The notes beneath the pieces are model-generated. The model made no database searches, had not been told where the DNA came from, and worked only from the letters and a program-made list of their open reading frames with translations. From the IMG/VR virus record IMGVR_UViG_3300037067_014938, positions 17,435 to 81,434 of that record: a DNA stretch of 64,000 nucleotides. One strand, 5' to 3'. Positions within the stretch are counted from its first letter, which is position 1; each line of letters starts with the position of its first letter. Source of the stretch: a virus. Its lineage: Duplodnaviria; Heunggongvirae; Uroviricota; Caudoviricetes. A program made the position numbers and the translations under genes. Shown here piece after piece: positions 1 to 10,522 of this stretch.

Positions 1-81
1 AAGATATATGATATCCATATTAAATCGTACACCGGTATACAAAAAACTTTAGATAATCTCAGAGGATTAAGAGATATTTAT

Positions 82-552
82 GTGATCCTTACTACATCAA
101 ATATGAAATTACGAACTCAATTGTATGATCAATGCACTTCTTATGGATTTCATATCCTTAATATTTTTGAAGAAGAACTATCCAATTTAAAAATTGGAAA
201 CGGTAATTTTATTTTTAAAAGTTCTATAAGCAGATTAGCAACTATAGGAAATAATAACGTTGTCTCTACTGGGTGCATAATTAACCATCATAATGAAATA
301 GGAAATAACAATCTTTTTGGCCCCGGCTGCTTATTGTCCGGTACGGTAAAAATAGGAAGTAACTGTTTGATTGGTTCTGGTGTTGTCTTTGAACCACATG
401 TAGTTATAGGAGATTCCGTAAAAATTTGTTCAAATGTCACGATAAAGGGGAACATTTCAGCCAATTTTTCTGTTAAATCTACTATGGACATGCGATGGCC
501 AGAGGTGTATCAAGGTGCGTTAATAAGAGTAGAAAATCACAAAAAGGAGTAA
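82..552 (+). CDS. Hexapeptide-repeat (left-handed beta-helix) acyl/acetyltransferase, NeuD/PglD-like
   Basis: Repeated [LIV]-G-x-x-x-x hexapeptide units, e.g. IGNNNVVSTGCIINHHNEIGNNNLFGPGCLLSGTVKIGSNCLIGSGVVFEPHVVIGDSVKI. Confidence 0.55.
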   Translation: MILTTSNMKLRTQLYDQCTSYGFHILNIFEEELSNLKIGNGNFIFKSSISRLATIGNNNVVSTGCIINHHNEIGNNNLFGPGCLLSGTVKIGSNCLIGSGVVFEPHVVIGDSVKICSNVTIKGNISANFSVKSTMDMRWPEVYQGALIRVENHKKE

Positions 553-556
553 TATA

Positions 557-958
557 ATGGAACGTTTGAATCAAGTAACATTAATCGGAAACATTGGAAT
601 GGTATCCAAGAAAGATACCCATACTTACTTTTCTTTAGCTCTTGATGATTCGTATAAGAAGAAAGATTCAAATGAATGGGTTAATAGAGTAATTTGGGTT
701 AACTGTTCTACTTTCTTCAAGGGTACAATTGAAAAAATTGAAAAAGTAGGATTAGCTGTTGGTGATGCTGTTTTAGTAACTGGAAGACTCGCACAGATGA
801 AGAGTAAAGAAGGACAGTTATCTTTGTCTGTCACTGTTGACAAGGTAGTTGTTTTAAAGAAGAAAGTATCTTCTGAAACTAAGCCTTCAGATGAAGCAGA
901 AGAACAACTGGAACCTGAGACAACTGTTACACCCGATCCCGATGAGTTGCCATTCTAA
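557..958 (+). CDS. ssb: Single-stranded DNA-binding protein
   Basis: OB-fold N-terminus (QVTLIGNIG...RVIWVNCSTF) and an acidic C-terminal tail ending DPDELPF, like the canonical SSB DDDIPF tail. An RBS (AAAGGAG) lies upstream. Confidence 0.8.
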   Translation: MERLNQVTLIGNIGMVSKKDTHTYFSLALDDSYKKKDSNEWVNRVIWVNCSTFFKGTIEKIEKVGLAVGDAVLVTGRLAQMKSKEGQLSLSVTVDKVVVLKKKVSSETKPSDEAEEQLEPETTVTPDPDELPF

Positions 959-2814
959 TGTTTATATGGAAACAACCGACATATATTATTGTTGATTCTA
1001 TAGATAAATTGGAACAACTTAGACTTGTTCTAAAAAAAGCTATAGATAACAATGAACCTATTGCTATTGATTTAGAAACTACGGGTCCAACTAGGGCAAC
1101 TTGGTTGGACCCGTATAATGGGTCTATATTAGGTATTTCATTAGCATTTAATCCTAATGAAGGATATTATATCCCAATAGAACATGTTGGATATAAAACA
1201 ATTAGTCTTGAAGTAGTAAAAAAATATCTTCAATATTTATTAGAATTGGGTGGTTTATATTTAGGACATAATATTAAATTTGATTATAAGTTTTTATGTC
1301 AATCTGGAATAAATTTATACCCTAGATTTTGGGATACTATGTTGGCTCTTAGATTATTAAATGGGGATAGAAGAAAACCGTCTGGTTTGAAAGCAGTGAT
1401 TCAGCAATATGTTGAATTACCCACGGCTGCAGTTTCATTTGAAGAAGCGGCTGGTGAAAATCCAGCTGAAGAAGACCCAGCAAAATTTGGCATTTATGCC
1501 ATAAATGACGTTATATATACTTTGTATCTTTACAAATCTTTAAAACCCAGAATTGATAAAGAGTATATGAAGTTATTTTATGAAGCAGAAATGCCATTGA
1601 TTCCTATACTGGCACATATGGAGCTACTGGGTATCCTAATTGATGTTGAATACTATGGTAAAATACAGATTCCATTAGAAAAATGTAGAGATAAAATTGA
1701 AAGTTATTTTCAAATATCTTATAACACAAATATAAATTCCCCGTTACAATTAGGGGCTTTATTGGATAAAATGAGACATGGTTCTGGAATAACTTTGGGT
1801 AAAACAGCAAAGGAAAATATTACCACTGATGAAGAAGCCTTAAAAACAATTGAACGAACAGTAGATAAAAAACATCCTTTATACAAATTAGTAAAACATA
1901 TATTAACCTACAGAGCAATAAATAAAACACTTAATACATATGTAACTAAATTTCCTAAACTGTGCCATATAAAATATTTTCCAGATGGTTCTAATCAAAG
2001 TGTTTTACATACTGAGTTTGATCAAATGGTTAATAGTGGACGATTATCTTCTTCACCAAATGTACAAAATATAACAAAAGACGGCGGAATATTTAGTGTT
2101 CGCAAAGGATTTATTGCAAGACCCGGATATGCACTTGTTGAAGCTGACTGGTCTGGTTGTGAGTTACGTTTAGTAGCTATAGATTCCAAAGAACCTAAAA
2201 TGTTGCAAGCGTTTAAAGATAATCCCCGTGATGCAGACTTGCATCAAATTACAGCAGATGCTATAAAAACAGATAGATTTACGGGGAAAACTATTAACTT
2301 CTCCATCTTATACGGTGCTACTAAGTACAGTATATCAAGAACATTAAATCGTTCAAAAGAAGAAGCACAAACGTATTTAGATCTTTTTAATCAAATTTAT
2401 CCGGGTATAGCAGAATGGAAAAAGACTATACAAGAACAAATCTGTATGTCAAGATGCACCAACACCTTATATGGTAGAAAACGCTATCTTCCAGACGATA
2501 TTTCTATTAAACCAAAAACTTATTATGAACAGAGGATGCTTGAAGCAAAAGTACGTGAATTAACAAATCATATAATTCAGGGGACATCGGCAGACTTATT
2601 AAAACTTAGTATGGTAAAAATTGTAAAAGAGTTTGCAAAACGTAAACTTAATGCACATATATTAAGTACTACACATGATTCAATAGTAGTTGAATGTAAA
2701 AAAGGACTTGAAAAAGAGATTTCTGAAATATTAAAGGATATCATGGAAGTCACAATAGACGATATATTACTTCCAATAGATATCTCTATTAAAAGTAGTT
2801 TTGCAAAAGGATAA
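958..2814 (+). CDS. Family A DNA polymerase with N-terminal 3'-5' proofreading exonuclease and no 5'-3' exonuclease domain
   Basis: Exo I motif IAIDLETTG. Pol motif A EADWSGCELRLVA, motif B RFTGKTINFSILYGATKY, motif C HDSIVVEC. Confidence 0.9.
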   Translation: MFIWKQPTYIIVDSIDKLEQLRLVLKKAIDNNEPIAIDLETTGPTRATWLDPYNGSILGISLAFNPNEGYYIPIEHVGYKTISLEVVKKYLQYLLELGGLYLGHNIKFDYKFLCQSGINLYPRFWDTMLALRLLNGDRRKPSGLKAVIQQYVELPTAAVSFEEAAGENPAEEDPAKFGIYAINDVIYTLYLYKSLKPRIDKEYMKLFYEAEMPLIPILAHMELLGILIDVEYYGKIQIPLEKCRDKIESYFQISYNTNINSPLQLGALLDKMRHGSGITLGKTAKENITTDEEALKTIERTVDKKHPLYKLVKHILTYRAINKTLNTYVTKFPKLCHIKYFPDGSNQSVLHTEFDQMVNSGRLSSSPNVQNITKDGGIFSVRKGFIARPGYALVEADWSGCELRLVAIDSKEPKMLQAFKDNPRDADLHQITADAIKTDRFTGKTINFSILYGATKYSISRTLNRSKEEAQTYLDLFNQIYPGIAEWKKTIQEQICMSRCTNTLYGRKRYLPDDISIKPKTYYEQRMLEAKVRELTNHIIQGTSADLLKLSMVKIVKEFAKRKLNAHILSTTHDSIVVECKKGLEKEISEILKDIMEVTIDDILLPIDISIKSSFAKG

Positions 2815-2816
2815 TT

Positions 2817-3362
2817 ATGCCAATGTGTATCATATATGTTTCAGGTGCAATGTCTAATAATTTTAGAAACTCTGATAAAACTAGGCAGAATAATATTAGA
2901 TATGCTCAAAAAATTGCATCAAAATTATGGAAAATTAAAAATGTATACATTATTTGTCCACATCTTAATTCACCTTGGGCCACTAAAAAACAATTCTTTA
3001 ATACAGGAATGACCTATAATGAATTGATATCCAAAGACTTAGAATTAATTGAAAAATGTGACTGCATATTTATGTTACGAAATTGGAAAGACTCTAAGGG
3101 AGCTATTTTAGAACATGATTATGCAGGAGTTATTGGAATACCTATTTTCTATTTTGACCAGATAGATAAATTGGAAGAATTTGTTTCTAAAAGAAAAACT
3201 GTTAAATGTCATTTATGCCTCACTGTAGGTAAAATTAAAACTTTCAAAGTAGGTCCAAAAAAGCATAAATTATGCGATAAATGTATAGGAATACTTAATA
3301 CAGTAAAGGAATCAGGTGTTAAAGAAACATTTGAAAAATATTTAATTTTACCAAAACTGTGA
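2817..3362 (+). CDS. Nucleoside 2-deoxyribosyltransferase-like / DUF4406-like protein with C-terminal zinc ribbon
   Basis: N-terminus CIIYVSGAMS followed by CDCIFMLRNWKDSKGAILEHDYAGVIGIPIFY, resembling the DUF4406/NDT fold. A C-terminal CxxC...CxxC cluster is present. Assignment by pattern memory only. Confidence 0.4.
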   Translation: MPMCIIYVSGAMSNNFRNSDKTRQNNIRYAQKIASKLWKIKNVYIICPHLNSPWATKKQFFNTGMTYNELISKDLELIEKCDCIFMLRNWKDSKGAILEHDYAGVIGIPIFYFDQIDKLEEFVSKRKTVKCHLCLTVGKIKTFKVGPKKHKLCDKCIGILNTVKESGVKETFEKYLILPKL

Positions 3363-3643
3363 GGTTAGCAATGGATAAAGTATTAAAAAAAGTATTTAAA
3401 TTCAATATCCGTGACCCACTTATACAAGAATTACTTATTAGTTTTACACGTTATCAAAATATGGAAAAAACATTAAAGTTAATTAATGGTCAAGTTTCAG
3501 CAACAAGAAATGAGCTACAACAAAAATTAACAGCATTTCTTTTAACAAAAGGAATAAATATAGAACTTTCCGATGAAGTAGTGTTTATTCCACAGTACAA
3601 AGAAATAAAAGTATATAAACATGACACAAGAACAACGCAATAA
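3359..3643 (+). CDS. Hypothetical protein
   Basis: ORF lying between neighbouring genes. Confidence 0.4.
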   Translation: MRLAMDKVLKKVFKFNIRDPLIQELLISFTRYQNMEKTLKLINGQVSATRNELQQKLTAFLLTKGINIELSDEVVFIPQYKEIKVYKHDTRTTQ

Positions 3644-4274
3644 GTTAGTTATTAACGGTATAGAAGTAGTAAATAAGATTTATAGTTGGTTTATTTATAG
3701 ATATAACCTATACTCTTATATGTCTAAAGAAGACTTAGAAGATATGAAACAAGATGCAATAGTAGAAATGCTATACGTTGTTGATAACAAGTTTGATGAG
3801 ACCAAAAAGAATAAATTATCTACTTATTTGACGCCAAGAATAACAGGATTTTTTAAAGATCACATAAAGAAACTTTTGCAACGAAAAGATATAGATATAT
3901 CATTAGTATTGATTAATGATGCTGTGCCAGATCAGTTAACTGATAACTTATGTTCTTTTATTAATATAGATAATTTAAAAATTGAGCAATTACAAAATAT
4001 GCTATCTTGTTTAGGTATATCCGATCCCGATATAATAAATGATATACTTAATGAGTCATGCAAATATCCAGAATTAAATGAGATACTACAGGCTATGACC
4101 TGTATAACACATAATACAAAAGTTATTATTTTATCCTACTATTTACTTGATAAATCAATTGTAGAGATAGCCAGACTTTTAGATCTGAATCCGGATACGG
4201 GGTTTATTTACAGGGTAAAACGACAGGGGATACAACAACTCAAAGAAGAGTTAAAATTAAGAGGCATCTTATGA
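3621..4274 (+). CDS. Sigma-70/ECF-like RNA polymerase sigma factor
   Basis: Region-2-like segment (TYLTPRITGFFKDHIKK) and a C-terminal region-4 helix-turn-helix (SYYLLDKSIVEIARLLDLNPDTGFIYRVKRQGIQQLKE). Confidence 0.55.
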   Translation: MTQEQRNKLVINGIEVVNKIYSWFIYRYNLYSYMSKEDLEDMKQDAIVEMLYVVDNKFDETKKNKLSTYLTPRITGFFKDHIKKLLQRKDIDISLVLINDAVPDQLTDNLCSFINIDNLKIEQLQNMLSCLGISDPDIINDILNESCKYPELNEILQAMTCITHNTKVIILSYYLLDKSIVEIARLLDLNPDTGFIYRVKRQGIQQLKEELKLRGIL

Positions 4275-4636
4275 TAGTTACTAAAAAAGGCATAAAAACC
4301 ACGGAATTTTGGATGACTATTGGAACAATAGTTATCCCTCTAATAGCAAAACTAACGGGAGTAAATATATCCAATGAAGCCCTCGTTGCTATAATTGCGT
4401 GGGTGGCTGCTAGGTCAACCCAAAAATATTTTGGAGTCGTCGATCAACAGTTAGGAACTCCAGCATGGCAAACAAGTGAATTTTGGGTAACCATGATTTT
4501 TGCTATCGCGAAGTCAGTATTTCCAGATTTACCAGAAGAAGCTTTCTATGGTGTATTAACAGGTGTTGGGTTACGTTCTGCTGTAAAGATTAAAGATAAC
4601 AAGATAGTTGATAAACTTCCAGAAAATATAAAATAA
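4271..4636 (+). CDS. Small membrane protein (2 TM segments; holin-like candidate)
   Basis: Two hydrophobic segments with internally repeated TEFWMTIG / TSEFWVTMIF. Confidence 0.35.
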   Translation: MIVTKKGIKTTEFWMTIGTIVIPLIAKLTGVNISNEALVAIIAWVAARSTQKYFGVVDQQLGTPAWQTSEFWVTMIFAIAKSVFPDLPEEAFYGVLTGVGLRSAVKIKDNKIVDKLPENIK

Positions 4637-4650
4637 AAAAGAAAGGTAAT

Positions 4651-4971
4651 ATGAAAAAGGGGAAAAAGGAATCTGCTGAAACGGAGATTAAAAAATTGAA
4701 AGAAATAGTTGTAGCTCTTAAGGAAGATAGGGACTATTTCAAAAAAAGAGCAGAAAGATTAGAAGGAGAACATGTAATGGGTTGGGAAGAGGGTTACTAT
4801 AAGACTTTTGGTGTTAGCAATTCCGCTGAATTAGGATTAGGATTAAAACTTGGAGATCGAGTTAGAATTATTGGAAAAGTAACAGCCACTAAAACTAAAG
4901 TAGACCATGAAACAAAAAGGCAAAGTTCCGAAATTGAAGTAGAGTTAATGGGTATTAAAAAGGAGGGATAA
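4651..4971 (+). CDS. Hypothetical protein
   Basis: ORF with an RBS. It is charged and may form a coiled coil. Confidence 0.4.
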   Translation: MKKGKKESAETEIKKLKEIVVALKEDRDYFKKRAERLEGEHVMGWEEGYYKTFGVSNSAELGLGLKLGDRVRIIGKVTATKTKVDHETKRQSSEIEVELMGIKKEG

Positions 4972-4972
4972 T

Positions 4973-5248
4973 ATGCCATATATTAAGGAAGAATCTCGGA
5001 AAGGCTATAATGATCTAGTTGATCAAATAGTTAAAATCCTAAGTAAAGATGACTTTGTCAATGGGGCTGGAGATATTAATTATGTTATCACCAGACTCAT
5101 ATGGAAAGTGTTTGAATCAGATAAGTGTTATAATATGGCAAATAGTTTAACAGGTGTATTAAGTTGTGTTCAGGCTGAGTTCTATCGCAGAATAGTTGCT
5201 CCATATGAAGATAAGAAGAAAGAGGAAAATGGGGATATAAAGCTATGA
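4973..5248 (+). CDS. Hypothetical protein
   Basis: ORF with RBS AAGGAGGG upstream. Confidence 0.4.
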   Translation: MPYIKEESRKGYNDLVDQIVKILSKDDFVNGAGDINYVITRLIWKVFESDKCYNMANSLTGVLSCVQAEFYRRIVAPYEDKKKEENGDIKL

Positions 5249-5433
5249 TTACATCATTTTGGTCATTCATGGTTGGGTGTATATGCATCTTATTTGGTCT
5301 TGTTATACTATTATATTGCGGATGTACCATTGCTTACTGGATTTTGGAAAATGCTACAGGAGATAGAGAATTATCTTTAAAAGAGATAATTCAATCACAA
5401 TGGACCACAATAAAACAACTAAGGATTTTCTAA

Positions 5434-6129
5434 ATGGAACTTAAAATTCTTTCTGGTAAAAAAGCAAAAGAATTAGCAATACAGCATTGTCCTGTGATAA
5501 TTCAAGAATGGAAGTCCATAAAAGATTTTCCTACTCAGTTTGTTGTTGATACTCCGGAGAATATGGAACGAAATTTACCTTGGCTTATTTCTCAGCCTGA
5601 GTTACTTTTCAAAGTATCAGAAAATGATGAGTACTACTTTATTTATTATATTATTTTCCATCCTTTTGACTGGAGTGATTCAGGAATTCCTTTAATAAAA
5701 AAATTAGATTCTCATACCTTTGATACAGAGTCAATTTTATTGAGAATAAGTAAACATTCCGGATATAACTATATAGCGACAAGATATCATAATCAGCTAC
5801 TTTTTTCAGATGCCGGTGTATCACCAGTAGTGTATGTTGAAGCTGAAGGGCATGGAATTATTCCAGAGGAAAATTATGATGACCAAGAGGATATAAATCT
5901 TGCTGTATACAGGGCGGAGTGTATTATATTCACAGACATAACGCAGTTAAAAACGTCACAATTGACATTTATAAAAGATGCTTTGATGAAAGCCGGGGTA
6001 GACACCCCAGAAGAGCAGGGTGACGGCTTATGGTTATTGTCACCATTTGGTACACAACATAAAAGAGATGATATGTTCAATCATCCGGATAAACTATTTC
6101 AAAAAGCATTAGAAACAGGAAGAATATAA
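5434..6129 (+). CDS. Hypothetical protein
   Basis: 231-aa ORF on the same strand as its neighbours with no recognisable motif. Confidence 0.45.
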   Translation: MELKILSGKKAKELAIQHCPVIIQEWKSIKDFPTQFVVDTPENMERNLPWLISQPELLFKVSENDEYYFIYYIIFHPFDWSDSGIPLIKKLDSHTFDTESILLRISKHSGYNYIATRYHNQLLFSDAGVSPVVYVEAEGHGIIPEENYDDQEDINLAVYRAECIIFTDITQLKTSQLTFIKDALMKAGVDTPEEQGDGLWLLSPFGTQHKRDDMFNHPDKLFQKALETGRI

Positions 6130-6130
6130 T

Positions 6131-6442
6131 ATGGCATTTAAAAAAACAAATGGCGAAATTGGGGTAGATCCACCAGATCTTCCTACAGTAAAAGTTAATC
6201 TCAATCCAAATAAAAGAATAATAGAGGTATATTTGGATAATGGAGTCATATTTTCATATGAGGTTGATTCACCAGGGAAAGTAAGGGAACATACCTCTGC
6301 AATAATTAAAACCGGATATCGTCACAATGATGGTTTAATATTTGAGCACTATCCCCCACATAGAATATTAAAAGTAAAGAGTAACAATATACCCACTAAG
6401 TATCCCGATACTATAAGTATCCCGAAAGTGGAACTTAATTAA
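6131..6442 (+). CDS. Hypothetical protein
   Basis: ORF immediately downstream of the previous gene. Confidence 0.4.
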   Translation: MAFKKTNGEIGVDPPDLPTVKVNLNPNKRIIEVYLDNGVIFSYEVDSPGKVREHTSAIIKTGYRHNDGLIFEHYPPHRILKVKSNNIPTKYPDTISIPKVELN

Positions 6443-6462
6443 TAATCAAAAAGGAGTAGTTT

Positions 6463-6996
6463 ATGTTTTTAAGGGTAGTTTCATTAATTATTTGTGCATT
6501 AATGTTAGTTGGTCCAGTAATGGCAATTGATAATGTTGCCGGTGGAGCAGGTGCTTTTATGATTATGCAAAAAGGATTTAATCCTACATTTGCGTATGCT
6601 GTGAAAACCTCTATACCAACATATACTTTCAAGTACAGTAATCCAACGTCCGATTCCTTAGTTAATAAACCAGACCCAACTTTGTTTGCTGTAACAGAAG
6701 TAAGTTATGTCTATAGCGAATTTGATGTAGAGGAACGTGGTGAAATGGAAGCTCAACTAATGGTGGAAAAACTGCGTAAAACTTTAGGGTTTGCAGAAAT
6801 GTACCTTGATTTTGGTGCTTCTGTATGGAGATTTGTTTCAACGGACATGCCAAATGTTATCCGAACAGGCTATTGTACCGGATTTGGTATTGAACCAATT
6901 TCAGGTCTCAATGTCGATGCAGTCGGGCATGTAATCCCAATTACAGACGCCCCGGATATGTTTATGACGGGCGTTGCTGTTTACTACCACTTCTAA
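6463..6996 (+). CDS. Secreted protein with N-terminal signal peptide
   Basis: Signal-like N-terminus MFLRVVSLIICALMLVGPVMA. RBS AAAGGAG upstream. A hairpin terminator follows. Confidence 0.5.
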   Translation: MFLRVVSLIICALMLVGPVMAIDNVAGGAGAFMIMQKGFNPTFAYAVKTSIPTYTFKYSNPTSDSLVNKPDPTLFAVTEVSYVYSEFDVEERGEMEAQLMVEKLRKTLGFAEMYLDFGASVWRFVSTDMPNVIRTGYCTGFGIEPISGLNVDAVGHVIPITDAPDMFMTGVAVYYHF

Positions 6997-6998
6997 TT

Positions 6999-7021
6999 TA
7001 GGGGGGATTTTCCCCCCTAAT
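6999..7021 (+). terminator. Rho-independent terminator hairpin
   Basis: Perfect inverted repeat AGGGGGG-ATTTT-CCCCCCT directly after the stop of the 6463..6996 gene. Confidence 0.6.
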
Positions 7022-7187
7022 AACCATAGGGAAACGCAGAGGATACCATGAAATACAGACTCAAACTAGCCCTTTCGACCATTGCCGTCACATCTTTGAT
7101 TCCACTACTTTCAGGTGCGTTAACGGTAATAATCATTTCATTCTTGAAGTGACCAAAGTGAGACAGGGCAATGCAGCCACGACAATC

Positions 7188-7502
7188 ATGCCAGAATCTA
7201 ATCAAATAAGCTATGAATCAATAATAGCTGAAATAGCCCATATTTCAGGTGTTAAAAAAGACACTGTAAGAGAAGTTATGTCCGCTTCAGTGGACATAAT
7301 AACTACTGCTGTATTAATGGGTAAGAAAGTGCATATTCCAGGTCTTGGAACGTTCTTTACTATTATAAAAAAAGAAAGAGTGTCTCATAATGCGTATACA
7401 CGTGGACAAACATACGAGCCAGAAGTAACTTTCCCAAAATTTAGATATGCACAAAATTTTAAAAAAAGTGTAATAAGTATCAAACCAGAAAGAAAAGTAT
7501 AA
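7188..7502 (+). CDS. HU/IHF-family DNA-binding protein
   Basis: ISYESIIAEIA...GKKVHIPGLGTFFTIIKKERVSHNAYTRGQTYEPEVTFPKFRYAQNFK matches the HU fold signature (arm with GxG...R.NP.TG....P.F). Start chosen at the internal Met (track ORF 7149..7502). Confidence 0.7.
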   Translation: MPESNQISYESIIAEIAHISGVKKDTVREVMSASVDIITTAVLMGKKVHIPGLGTFFTIIKKERVSHNAYTRGQTYEPEVTFPKFRYAQNFKKSVISIKPERKV

Positions 7503-8014
7503 TGTATATAGGAATAGACCCAGGATTATCAACAACCTGTGTTGTTGTATTAGATAACAATGGAAATACTCTTCATAAAGATTCTTGGGGTTCAGAGGCT
7601 AAAAGAAACTGGAAAGGGACACAAAGAGACCATCCAGCCAAACGTTATTTAGCCTACCATAATGCTCTATATAGATTTGTAACTCGGAATAAAATAACTA
7701 CAGCTACTATTATTATGGAAGAATCTATTGCTGGTTTGATGGGTAATGGAAGAAAATTAGTAGAATTAAAGGGGGTGTATCTTATTGCTTTAGCTCGTAG
7801 AGTAGATGTTAATAAAATATTTATTATCTCCCCCACTGCAATCAAAAAATATTTTACTGGTTATGGGGCAGCAAGTAAAGAAGAAATGATTGAACGATGT
7901 AATCAATTAGGTTATCAAGTTTCTACCGAGCACGAGGCTGATGCAACCGCAATGGCTTATTGTGGCCTTCACTTCCCACAAATGCTACTTCCGAAAAATC
8001 TTCAAAGTCGATAA
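7502..8014 (+). CDS. ruvC: RuvC-like Holliday junction resolvase
   Basis: N-terminus YIGIDPGLSTTCVVVLD (RuvC catalytic Asp motif) and C-terminal EHEADATAMAY. Confidence 0.75.
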   Translation: MYIGIDPGLSTTCVVVLDNNGNTLHKDSWGSEAKRNWKGTQRDHPAKRYLAYHNALYRFVTRNKITTATIIMEESIAGLMGNGRKLVELKGVYLIALARRVDVNKIFIISPTAIKKYFTGYGAASKEEMIERCNQLGYQVSTEHEADATAMAYCGLHFPQMLLPKNLQSR

Positions 8015-8550
8015 TTCTATTATCCAAAGTCTTATATTTCATTTTTCCACTTAAAATTTGTCCTAAGTCTCTCTGGAATTTTGGAGTAGACAAAATTATT
8101 AATTTATAAATATTAGTCATTTCTTTTTTATTGCACATATTTTTCAAACCTTTCCATAGTCCAGGAATAAACAATTTCCACTTGATTTTGTTTTTCAAAA
8201 TCATTCGTGCCTGTTATAAATTGTACCTTACTATTTTCATCAAATAAAACTACAGTTGCATCTTGTGGTAACTTCTTTAATTGTGAAATCAAATCTTTAA
8301 CTATCATTTGTCCTCCTTTATTCTAAGGAATACAGGAAACATTAAATCCCCATCTGGAGATTTTTCCCGATATTGGATTTCAGCCATTTTACCTAACAGA
8401 TTAGTTTTGTCCTTCCAAAATGCCTTTCTTTGAGCTATGGTAAAACCCTCGCTAACAGAAAAAGCAGTCTTATTGGACAAGAAAAATAAAAATGCACCAA
8501 GCGTTCCTTTCATAACTCCCAAACCTTCTGCATAACCCACAATTTTAAAA

Positions 8551-9090
8551 CTATCCGACATGTTGCACTCCACATAATATTTCAAGTTCATCCAGGTTAG
8601 AAAATTTTTCTAATTTATCCAAACCATAAAATCCGGCCTTTGTTCCTCTCATTCTTGCACGGTAATCCACAACTAAATCTAAATTAGAGTATTTTTTTAA
8701 TATGGCTATTGAAGCCAGACCACAAACAATGACTCTGTCGGGTCCATCCTTGATGCAGATTATTTGTGCTGTTTTAGGCTTAACACTCACCAATGGATAA
8801 AGTCCTTTTTCTACCGTCTTAACTCCTATACCCAAATGTGGTATATCCGGAGTGTTATAACTCCGAGAATTTCCAATTGTCCAGTTTATTATTGGAGTAC
8901 CCAACATAATCTCCAATGCCCGTTCTCCAATTAAACCAGTAGTTAGCCGCTTAACTAACTTATTTCCGTCAATTGCGTAATGCCATTCTTTTATCTTAGC
9001 ATCAGCTAAGGCTATAACAAATCCATTAATTTTGTCTATGCTACTTTTGTCTATCAAAACTACTTTAGATATAACAAAGTTATAACTCAT
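8551..9090 (-). CDS. Hypothetical protein
   Basis: 179-aa ORF with no recognised motif. Confidence 0.4.
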   Translation of the reverse strand: MSYNFVISKVVLIDKSSIDKINGFVIALADAKIKEWHYAIDGNKLVKRLTTGLIGERALEIMLGTPIINWTIGNSRSYNTPDIPHLGIGVKTVEKGLYPLVSVKPKTAQIICIKDGPDRVIVCGLASIAILKKYSNLDLVVDYRARMRGTKAGFYGLDKLEKFSNLDELEILCGVQHVG

Positions 9091-9544
9091 TTTTTATCCA
9101 TTCTTCCACAGATTCTTTAGTCCAGCCATATCTCTTATGAAATAAGACCTCAATAATTACCATTTCTTTTGTATCCAAATCCAAGTATGCCCCTACCACT
9201 ATTTCTGGGTCATTATCCAATTTTATATAGTGTTCTGTGTTAGCTAGACTATTTGGCATTTTTTCAAATGAAAGTCGGAATAACTCTATTTCATTAATCT
9301 CAGCCAATTTATAACTAGCATCTTCTGGTAAAGATAAAATACTGCCGTCACTTGCTTTCTTATGGTGCTTTTTCCACATACTTAAGCATATAGCATAACG
9401 TTGATCAGTTGGATATTTTTGCATATCTGGATAATTCATACATCTACCCATATATTCTTTCTTTGTTTCATTTCTTTTTGGTTTTGGCATCTTTAATTTC
9501 CTTTTTGGAAGATGGAATAACACTAATACCTTTTTTACGTTCAA
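9080..9544 (-). CDS. Hypothetical protein
   Basis: 154-aa ORF. Confidence 0.4.
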   Translation of the reverse strand: MNVKKVLVLFHLPKRKLKMPKPKRNETKKEYMGRCMNYPDMQKYPTDQRYAICLSMWKKHHKKASDGSILSLPEDASYKLAEINEIELFRLSFEKMPNSLANTEHYIKLDNDPEIVVGAYLDLDTKEMVIIEVLFHKRYGWTKESVEEWIKNEL

Positions 9545-9559
9545 CTATCTTAGCCATGA

Positions 9560-9865
9560 CTACCTCCCAATATGATAAAATACTTTAAAACATGGATCAT
9601 GTATAGGAATTGTAATTGATTCACCATCTAACGTCATTCTAACTGAATCTAAAACTTTATTATCTTTAACATCACAACTCAACATACCTTCAAGGTATCC
9701 TTCAGCACGGCCTTGCATATATGCTCGCATGGTCCCGTGCTGGAAATCAACTGCATCATCAGCAGTTTTAATTAAATTAAAAAATATAATCGACAGCATC
9801 ACCATAGTTATAATACAAATTATAGTTATAGTTACTCCAACTAATAATGATATTGTTAACTTCAT
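9560..9865 (-). CDS. Small membrane protein
   Basis: N-terminal TM segment MKLTISLLVGVTITIICIITMVMLSIIFF. RBS AGGAGGAAGCT upstream. Confidence 0.45.
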   Translation of the reverse strand: MKLTISLLVGVTITIICIITMVMLSIIFFNLIKTADDAVDFQHGTMRAYMQGRAEGYLEGMLSCDVKDNKVLDSVRMTLDGESITIPIHDPCFKVFYHIGR

Positions 9866-9932
9866 AGCTTCCTCCTGTACGTTGAATTCCCCGCGACGCT
9901 GGGAGCGGCCAGCAGACAGAGTAAAAGCGTTT

Positions 9933-10199
9933 TCATTTGGCCTCCTTCACGTCCAACGAAAAGTCAAAATGGGCATCGGGATATTGGTTATATAAAGCAC
10001 TCTGCACATCATAGACTTTGCTATGCTGTTCAAAAGATTCTGTATTGACCACCGTTCGGACATGGGTAATGACAATGACCTCGACAATGCAGTCCACCAC
10101 CCCCGGTACTTGCATCATCTGATTGTGAATATCCGCCAATTCCTTTTTCGTCATCACCCCTCCTTCATCTTTTCGATGAGATTGAAGACGGCACGCCAA
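9933..10199 (-). CDS. Hypothetical protein in GC-rich moron (likely start at MTKKELADIHNQ, about 73 aa)
   Basis: Local GC is about 50% against about 30% background. The internal Met is preceded by an RBS. Confidence 0.4.
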   Translation of the reverse strand: MACRLQSHRKDEGGVMTKKELADIHNQMMQVPGVVDCIVEVIVITHVRTVVNTESFEQHSKVYDVQSALYNQYPDAHFDFSLDVKEAK

Positions 10200-10522
10200 G
10201 GGTCTTTGTGGTGCCTTCCGTATATCGTAGGATATTTGATTGTCGTTTCACCATAAACACCGGATGATGCCGCATATCCCACATTTGGTTTGATGGAAAC
10301 AAAGCTTAGATTGATCCAGAACCGCAACCCCGGCCACCGCTTTTCCGCCAACGACTCGGCGAAGGTGAGTAATGTACCGACATGGGGATTACTAAATCCA
10401 TCATCATCGAATATGTAAGGGCCAGGGATGCCCCATTTCATCAACGATTCCATTGCTTCGGTACACATTTCTGATTTCGTCATGACTTGGCCCCCTTCTC
10501 CCAGCACTTCTTGCAGAGCCAT
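10154..10522 (-). CDS. Hypothetical protein in GC-rich moron (likely start at MTKSEMCTEAME)
   Basis: GC-rich ORF. It has the same MTK(K/S)E start context as its neighbour. Confidence 0.4.
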   Translation of the reverse strand: MALQEVLGEGGQVMTKSEMCTEAMESLMKWGIPGPYIFDDDGFSNPHVGTLLTFAESLAEKRWPGLRFWINLSFVSIKPNVGYAASSGVYGETTIKYPTIYGRHHKDPWRAVFNLIEKMKEG